The notes under the pieces are model-generated. The model saw nothing but the letters and a program-made list of their open reading frames with translations. It did not search any database and had not been told where the DNA came from. A stretch of DNA of 64,000 nucleotides from IMG/VR virus record IMGVR_UViG_3300024272_002379. One strand, given 5' to 3'. This document shows positions 58,299-64,000 of this stretch, piece by piece (the first letter of the stretch is position 1; each line of letters starts with the position of its first letter). This DNA comes from a virus (taxonomy: Duplodnaviria > Caudoviricetes). Position numbers and translations under genes: made by a program.

Positions 58299-59070
58299 CA
58301 AGGTATGTCCTGATTGTGGCGGAAAAATGTTCATGGCTACCATTACAAGAAGTTGTGTAGTAGAAGTTATCGCCCCAGAGAAAGAAGGGGAAGAATCTTG
58401 TTATAAGATTTTAAAAGAAAACGAAAACAAATACGATATTAACGTTATTATGTGTGCTAGATGCAGAAAAGAACTCTCAGAAGAAGAGTTGGTTACAGGT
58501 GTAAAATGTGTAGAATGCGGTAAAATTGTTAGCCCAAATGACGTTGATGAGAAAGGTGTTTGCGATGTATGTAACGCAAAGCATCAGCGTGCTGAATTAC
58601 AGAATGCTTCAAGAGAAGATTTAATCAAAATGCTTCTTGATGCAGAAAGAAAAGCAAATCCTGTAGCTTCAAAAATTGAAAAACAGATTCAGAAAGCTAC
58701 TGAAGTTGAAGTACCTGCTGACCAAACTGTTGCTGAAGAGATTCCTTCAGAACAGACAACTGAAGAAACTTCAGATGTAAAACCTACAAAAAGAGCAAAA
58801 GCTCCAAGAGGAAAGAAAGCAAAAGAAGTAGTGGAAGATGCTGATACTTCTGTAACTGAAGAATCGGTTACTACAGAAGTTCCAGCAGAAGAACCTACAG
58901 AATCAGTTGAAGCAGTAAATGATTTAGCAAATCAGCAGGAAGCACCATTTCCTGAAATGAATCTTCCAGAAGAATCAACTCCAACTCCTGTTGTTGAAAC
59001 ACCAGTTGCAGAAGAGCCTATTGGTGCTCCAGGATTTCAAATGTTCGATGATGGAGATGAACCGTTTTAA
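58273..59070 (+). CDS. multi-zinc-ribbon protein with acidic tail ending DDGDEPF
   Basis: Four CxxC pairs; SSB-like C-terminal tip. Confidence 0.7.
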   Translation: MSENKEVNNKVCPDCGGKMFMATITRSCVVEVIAPEKEGEESCYKILKENENKYDINVIMCARCRKELSEEELVTGVKCVECGKIVSPNDVDEKGVCDVCNAKHQRAELQNASREDLIKMLLDAERKANPVASKIEKQIQKATEVEVPADQTVAEEIPSEQTTEETSDVKPTKRAKAPRGKKAKEVVEDADTSVTEESVTTEVPAEEPTESVEAVNDLANQQEAPFPEMNLPEESTPTPVVETPVAEEPIGAPGFQMFDDGDEPF

Positions 59071-59077
59071 TTAATGT

Positions 59078-59118
59078 TAATAGGCAGAGATAGTTAATAT
59101 CTCTGCCTATTATTTATT
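59078..59118 (+). terminator. intrinsic terminator
   Basis: TAATAGGCAGAGATA/TATCTCTGCCTATTA. Confidence 0.6.
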
Positions 59119-59128
59119 TCGAAAGGAA

Positions 59129-59899
59129 ATGTATATGATTGACAATAATGCGATTATGCAAGAAATGCTTGCTAATAATGAAAATTGTAGAATTATTCAG
59201 GATGGTGCTCAGGTAATAGCAAAACTTAGACCTCTTGCTGTCACTCAATCATTAATTGGTAAATTATCTGGAAATGATATAGAGCAAGGAATATCGCTTA
59301 TTTCACGACAGACATCTTTATCTAATCTTAAGACAGGTTTATATCGTCAATGTTCGAATACAAATTGCATAGCAAAAGATAAATGTGTTTTTAGGGCCAT
59401 ACCTAACGGTAACACTAATGCTGATGTTGTATTTGTAAGTAAAATGCCTACTCAATATGAAATGTGTAATATGACTAGTCATTGTGATAGAAATGGAGTA
59501 TTCTTAACTTTGATTTTAAGTAAGATGAATGTTTCAAGAGATTCTATATATTGCACCGATGTAATTAAATGCAATACCCAGTTAGATGAACAATCATATG
59601 ACGAATGCATTAGAACTTATCTTGAACGTGAAATTGAATATGTTTCACCAAAAATAATCATATGCAACGGGTTATCTGTTCTTAAAGCCTGTATTAAATC
59701 AGGAATACTAAGCGACTTGTCATTGGATGTCACTTATGGTAAGATATACAATACTAGATTATCGTCAGGATTGCCAGTAAAAGCAATTGCGATATACGAT
59801 TTAGATACGGTACTACAGAAAACAGGAGAAAATTACGAAAAGTGCAAGACAGAATTATGGACACAAATTCTATCAGCATTTAAAGAATTATCAGTTTAG
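59129..59899 (+). CDS. uracil-DNA glycosylase family-4-like protein (divergent)
   Basis: GNTNADVVFV...YCTDVIKC...C..YLEREIEYVSPKIIICNG. Confidence 0.7.
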   Translation: MYMIDNNAIMQEMLANNENCRIIQDGAQVIAKLRPLAVTQSLIGKLSGNDIEQGISLISRQTSLSNLKTGLYRQCSNTNCIAKDKCVFRAIPNGNTNADVVFVSKMPTQYEMCNMTSHCDRNGVFLTLILSKMNVSRDSIYCTDVIKCNTQLDEQSYDECIRTYLEREIEYVSPKIIICNGLSVLKACIKSGILSDLSLDVTYGKIYNTRLSSGLPVKAIAIYDLDTVLQKTGENYEKCKTELWTQILSAFKELSV

Positions 59900-59911
59900 G
59901 AGGAAGTAAAC

Positions 59912-60220
59912 ATGGACGCAAGTAAAATCAAAATCAATGGTGCAAGAGTTCTTGTAAAAGAAGAAAGATTAAGTGACACCACTACTTCTGGCATTATTAT
60001 GCCAGGTAGAGACAAACAGCAGACCAACAAGGGTAAAGTACTTATCGTAGGAGATGGAGCTATCCTTGAAAACGGAACTAAAATTCCAGTTCAGGTAAAT
60101 GTAGGTGATACAGTTATCTATTCAAGTTTTAGCGGTTCTCCAATTAAGCAGGATGCTAACGATGAAGATGTATATTTAATTCTTAATGAAAGAGATATTC
60201 TGTGTGTTGTTACAGAATAA
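59912..60220 (+). CDS. groES: co-chaperonin GroES
   Basis: RVLVK...TTSGIIMP...GKVLIVGDG...VNVGDTVIY...YLILNERDIL. Confidence 0.92.
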   Translation: MDASKIKINGARVLVKEERLSDTTTSGIIMPGRDKQQTNKGKVLIVGDGAILENGTKIPVQVNVGDTVIYSSFSGSPIKQDANDEDVYLILNERDILCVVTE

Positions 60221-60267
60221 TAATTAAGGCTCATGGAAACATGAGCCTTTTATTTTGGAGGTAAACA

Positions 60268-60576
60268 ATGACAACAATTAAACGTAAGCAGATTAATAAC
60301 GTTAGTGGAGAAATTATCGAAACTAAAACATATGACTGCGAAGATTTTACAGATGCTGTTGAGGTTATAGAAAAACTTCGAAAAGCAGACTTAGCAAGAT
60401 ACACTCTTCTTATGACAAAATACCCAGATTTATTTTATGACGATTGTCATAATTATACTTCGTATACTTTTGTTGTTGGAGATACTGAAATTTCATGTGA
60501 AATTGAAGATGCATTAGAAGATGCTTGCTTGGAATTTTTGATACCGTATCAGTTAAATTTACCGCTAGAAAAATAG
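60268..60576 (+). CDS. hypothetical protein
   Basis: GGAGG SD. Confidence 0.7.
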   Translation: MTTIKRKQINNVSGEIIETKTYDCEDFTDAVEVIEKLRKADLARYTLLMTKYPDLFYDDCHNYTSYTFVVGDTEISCEIEDALEDACLEFLIPYQLNLPLEK

Positions 60577-60584
60577 GAGGTAAT

Positions 60585-60752
60585 ATGAAAAAGTTTTTTA
60601 AGATTTTATTTCAACTTTTATTGGCGATATTGCTTGCACTTTTACTTATTAGGATAATCAGTGGTCTTATTCGATTATCAACTATTATTTGTGTAGTATT
60701 GGTTTGTGCAGCATGTATCTCCTTATCATGGTTCTTTTCAAGAAAGAGGTGA
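60585..60752 (+). CDS. small two-TM membrane protein
   Basis: AGGAGG SD; two hydrophobic helices. Confidence 0.65.
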   Translation: MKKFFKILFQLLLAILLALLLIRIISGLIRLSTIICVVLVCAACISLSWFFSRKR

Positions 60753-60758
60753 TAACCC

Positions 60759-61508
60759 ATGATGATTAAGATTACAGAGAAGTGCTCAATGCATTGTAAA
60801 CATTGCCTAAATGATGCAACCTCTTGCGAAAATCATATGGACTTCCATACATTCAAGAAAGCAGTTGCTTTCCAGAAAATGTATGGTGGTCCTTTTTGTA
60901 TTATTACAGGAGGAGAGCCAACTGAACACCCACTTTTTGCCTATTTTATAGGTTTTATAATGGAAGAGTTGAAAGATTGTTTTATTACCGTAACAACAAA
61001 TGGGGTATGGATGCAAGATAATGAATCTTTTATACGCAATATGAATGAAGTATATGGAGTACGTCTCATGTTTCAGGTAACAAATGATGAGAGGTATTAT
61101 CCAACTCGCATTGACTTATCTCTTCCTGTATTTAATTTAGACAATGTTGTAGTGTGCGAAGAGATTGCACAAATTTATCCACAAGGAAGGGCTCTATATA
61201 ATAACTTACCATGGGAATCTAAAGGTAGTAAATGCTTTAACATACGTGCAATAACTCATCAAGTAGAGGTTAAGGATTTACGTATCATTATCGGAATGCT
61301 TGCAGTAAAACAAAAATTTTGCACACCTCATATTGGTATTAATGGCTGCATAAAACTAGGTGAAAGTGATTTATGCCCAGCATGTAGTCACATTGACAAA
61401 TCACATGACGAAATAATAAAAGACATATTGGAATTTCGCTGTGATGGTTGTAAACATGTAAATGATAATTTGCCACAAGAATACAGAAAGATAATAGGCG
61501 AACCATAG
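60759..61508 (+). CDS. radical SAM protein
   Basis: CSMHCKHC, GGEP, TTNG; C-terminal Cys cluster. Confidence 0.88.
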   Translation: MMIKITEKCSMHCKHCLNDATSCENHMDFHTFKKAVAFQKMYGGPFCIITGGEPTEHPLFAYFIGFIMEELKDCFITVTTNGVWMQDNESFIRNMNEVYGVRLMFQVTNDERYYPTRIDLSLPVFNLDNVVVCEEIAQIYPQGRALYNNLPWESKGSKCFNIRAITHQVEVKDLRIIIGMLAVKQKFCTPHIGINGCIKLGESDLCPACSHIDKSHDEIIKDILEFRCDGCKHVNDNLPQEYRKIIGEP

Positions 61509-61516
61509 GAGACAAT

Positions 61517-62281
61517 ATGCAATATATAAACGAAAGTAATATGGATAATTTTAAGAAAATAGATAGTTCTTCATGGGAAACTTTAAAGAGCAATGTCTAT
61601 TTACGTCTTATAAATATCAAAACCTTAGACAAATTTGGTGATGACATTGCTTACTTAAAATATCTTGATTTAGCTATTGTATTTTCTGTTCAGGAAAAAA
61701 GAAGTCAATCAATGCTTTCACATATGTTGACAAATGCAGAATTACAAAGTTTTGGTATAACCGTTGAAGACGCATATAGAGAAGCGTTTGATAATACAAA
61801 GCACGACAAGAAAAGAAGAATTATGACATTCAAAGAGAGCACATTAAAGAATAATGTCATGTATCCTGTTTTAACTTTCCCTAGTGGAATGACGTTAGGA
61901 ACTGGTGGAACTTCGATAAACAATTGTGGTCTTATTGAAGATGTAGACCCTAATGACAATACGGAAAACATTCTTATGCTTTGTAATAAATACGACATTT
62001 TCGGAGCTGCATATATGATTGTACCAAGCATTTTAGAGGAAATATATGAAAGATTCGATTATGAAAATTTTTATATAATTCCATTATCTATTCATGTAGT
62101 TATGTGCGTTAAGGGTTCTTATGTAACACGAAATAAGAAAATTTATGAAGCTGAAGACGACTTATTAGATATGATAGAAGCATATAATGACCAAAACAAT
62201 AAGTCCTGGCAAGATATACTATCGTATAAAATATATTATTATATGGGTGATGACGGTAAGAAACTATTCCTCATCAAATAG
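61517..62281 (+). CDS. DUF5688-like protein
   Basis: LRLIN...YLDLAIVF...FGAA...FYIIPLSIH. Confidence 0.6.
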   Translation: MQYINESNMDNFKKIDSSSWETLKSNVYLRLINIKTLDKFGDDIAYLKYLDLAIVFSVQEKRSQSMLSHMLTNAELQSFGITVEDAYREAFDNTKHDKKRRIMTFKESTLKNNVMYPVLTFPSGMTLGTGGTSINNCGLIEDVDPNDNTENILMLCNKYDIFGAAYMIVPSILEEIYERFDYENFYIIPLSIHVVMCVKGSYVTRNKKIYEAEDDLLDMIEAYNDQNNKSWQDILSYKIYYYMGDDGKKLFLIK

Positions 62282-62295
62282 AAAGGAGTTTTAAA

Positions 62296-63489
62296 ATGTT
62301 TAATATTAGTATTGAACAAAAAGTGCTTGCTAAAGCATTAGAGTATCTTGAGCCAACCGTTGGAAAGAACGCTATGGGATTAGGAGATAATTGTGTCTCT
62401 ATGAGAACAACGGGTAATGGTTCTATCGAAATGTATACCACAAATACGGTTGAGTTTACAAAATTAGAGGCTATTGTTGCAGTCGGTGGCAACACTCAGG
62501 ATGTAGCTCCATATGTGGATTTTAAGAGATTTAAAGCTATTGTTATGTCTATCCCAGCTAATGAAGTTATATCTCTTGAGGCAAACGTGAATGACTTATT
62601 AATCAATTTTGCATTAAAGAAAACACCGATAACATTAGTTGGTTGCACAAATGGTATGATACCGTTACCAAGTAATCAGTTCCCATCTGCAAACATGATT
62701 ACGGTTCCAAAACAGTTTATCAAACAGGCAGTTGAAAATGTATGTAGTATTATTACTGATAATGTTTCAGCTCCAATTTATAACTGTATGAGAATTTTTA
62801 CAACAGCTATGAGCGTAGAAGTAACTGCTGTTGATATGACAAGTAAACGTACATTTGCACAAACTGGTACGACAACTAACAACAATCCTCAACAGGATAT
62901 ACTTATTGAAGCATCTAAATTAAAGAAATCTCTAAAGTTATTCGAAGATTACAACGAAATGGAATTCTATATGGATGCCAATATGGTGAAGGTTGATGGA
63001 ACAGATATAGTTCCTCAATATAGTCAGCACGCTAACGGTATGATTAGTGGTATAAGTTATTATTCAAGAAGATTGAATGGAGCTTTCCCTGCTAATATTA
63101 AAGCTAATTTCACACCAATGCCTACTGAGTTTTCGGAAATAAACAAGGAAGACGTTGCTAATTGTTTCGCAAGAGTGAAAGCTATTGAAGACCAGGTATC
63201 TGGTGGTATTGTAACTTTTGAAATCAATGGAAGTAATGTTGGCATCTCAATAAATTCTTCATATGGAAATATTGAAGATAGCATTACTGCCGAAAATGCC
63301 ATTGCAAAAACATTCAGAACTATGTTCAAATATGAGAACCTTAATGATATAATGAAGGTAATTGGCACTGATACATTTGAAATAGGTGTGTTACCAAATC
63401 ACCCATCAAATTATGTCATAAAACAAAAGGGTAGCGATGAAATTATGTTTACTATATCTGGAATGGCTGGAGCATCTGCTACACCTTAG
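62296..63489 (+). CDS. dnaN: DNA polymerase III beta-clamp-like sliding clamp
   Basis: 397 aa with three-domain pattern; SRRLNGAFP corresponds to DnaN SRLIEGxFP. Confidence 0.7.
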   Translation: MFNISIEQKVLAKALEYLEPTVGKNAMGLGDNCVSMRTTGNGSIEMYTTNTVEFTKLEAIVAVGGNTQDVAPYVDFKRFKAIVMSIPANEVISLEANVNDLLINFALKKTPITLVGCTNGMIPLPSNQFPSANMITVPKQFIKQAVENVCSIITDNVSAPIYNCMRIFTTAMSVEVTAVDMTSKRTFAQTGTTTNNNPQQDILIEASKLKKSLKLFEDYNEMEFYMDANMVKVDGTDIVPQYSQHANGMISGISYYSRRLNGAFPANIKANFTPMPTEFSEINKEDVANCFARVKAIEDQVSGGIVTFEINGSNVGISINSSYGNIEDSITAENAIAKTFRTMFKYENLNDIMKVIGTDTFEIGVLPNHPSNYVIKQKGSDEIMFTISGMAGASATP

Positions 63490-63508
63490 AAGGAAAGGTG
63501 AGTAAAAA

Positions 63509-64000
63509 ATGGCAGTGAAGAAAACAATTGCCGTACTTGGTCCAGATGGAGTTTATCTTAGTCATTGTACATGGAATAGGGCATTAAGCCTACTGGAATC
63601 TAAAAGAGCCATTAGACTTGATGCCACTACTGTACGTTTAAAGCAAACAAAGAAAGAACGCATAAGAAAAAAGCATGACATAATTGCTGAATCAAAAAGA
63701 ATCTGTTATATTTGTAATACTCAAATCCCGATTGAGGAAACTGCAACTATTGACCACATTATTCCAAAGTCAAGGGATAGAAGAGCAGATGTATACTCAA
63801 ATATGAGATGTTGCTGTAGTCGTTGTAATAATGACAAAGGAAATATGACACTTTCTGAATATGTAGAACATATGTTAAAACACAGAGAGGATTATTTGTA
63901 CATCTCAGACAAGCGGCTAAGATATCTTGAAAGATTTGCACAATGCTATGAAGAAGAATTCTATAGCCAAAAGAGGATACATATAAAAGATTTAAAGACA
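63509..64000 (+). CDS. HNH endonuclease with N-terminal RRXRR/PLMP-like segment (runs off window end)
   Basis: Read manually: MAVKKTIAVLGPDGVYLSHC..RALSLL...CYIC...TIDHIIPKS...N...CCSRCNNDKG. Confidence 0.8.
   Translation, partial: MAVKKTIAVLGPDGVYLSHCTWNRALSLLESKRAIRLDATTVRLKQTKKERIRKKHDIIAESKRICYICNTQIPIEETATIDHIIPKSRDRRADVYSNMRCCCSRCNNDKGNMTLSEYVEHMLKHREDYLYISDKRLRYLERFAQCYEEEFYSQKRIHIKDLKT

Noticed and set aside
63509-64000. IscB/OMEGA nuclease
   Set aside because: PLMP-like N-terminus and HNH are present, but no RuvC-I motif lies between them and there is no upstream space for an omega-RNA (19 bp after dnaN)

Overview
AT-rich segment of a large (jumbo-type) phage or phage-plasmid of a Firmicutes host, inferred from sigma-A promoters, strong GGAGG Shine-Dalgarno (SD) sites and a Gram-positive LexA box. 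Bases 1-4800 hold leftward, mostly Gly/Ala-rich hypothetical genes, possibly virion-associated. After a divergent control region, nearly everything from 5146 runs rightward. That part encodes a YonO-like single-chain RNA polymerase (RNAP, DFDGD motif), SLOG, macrodomain and ART-like proteins, SSB, a tmRNA, and about 12 tRNAs interleaved with structured ncRNAs, including three tRNA mimics and a ~700-nt GOLLD/ROOL-like RNA. It also encodes HU, an ABC/PspA/OmpA module, peptide deformylase, a frameshifted SNF2 helicase, a MoxR(RavA)-vWA pair, a UDG-like protein, GroES, a radical SAM protein, a beta clamp and an HNH nuclease. The most striking locus is 33440-37000. Two winged-helix genes and a conserved accessory gene are followed by an array of six 5-nt-periodic tracts (NNNYA)n bracketed by conserved hairpin cassettes, then a stand-alone RAMP/Cas7-like gene, then five covarying pseudoknot modules. 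This is a candidate non-CRISPR RNA-guided system. Also notable are putative trans-antisense sRNAs against the RNAP and early-gene ribosome-binding sites, and recurrent template-strand c(GNTA)g DNA hairpins. All calls come from reading the sequence by eye; no searches were run.
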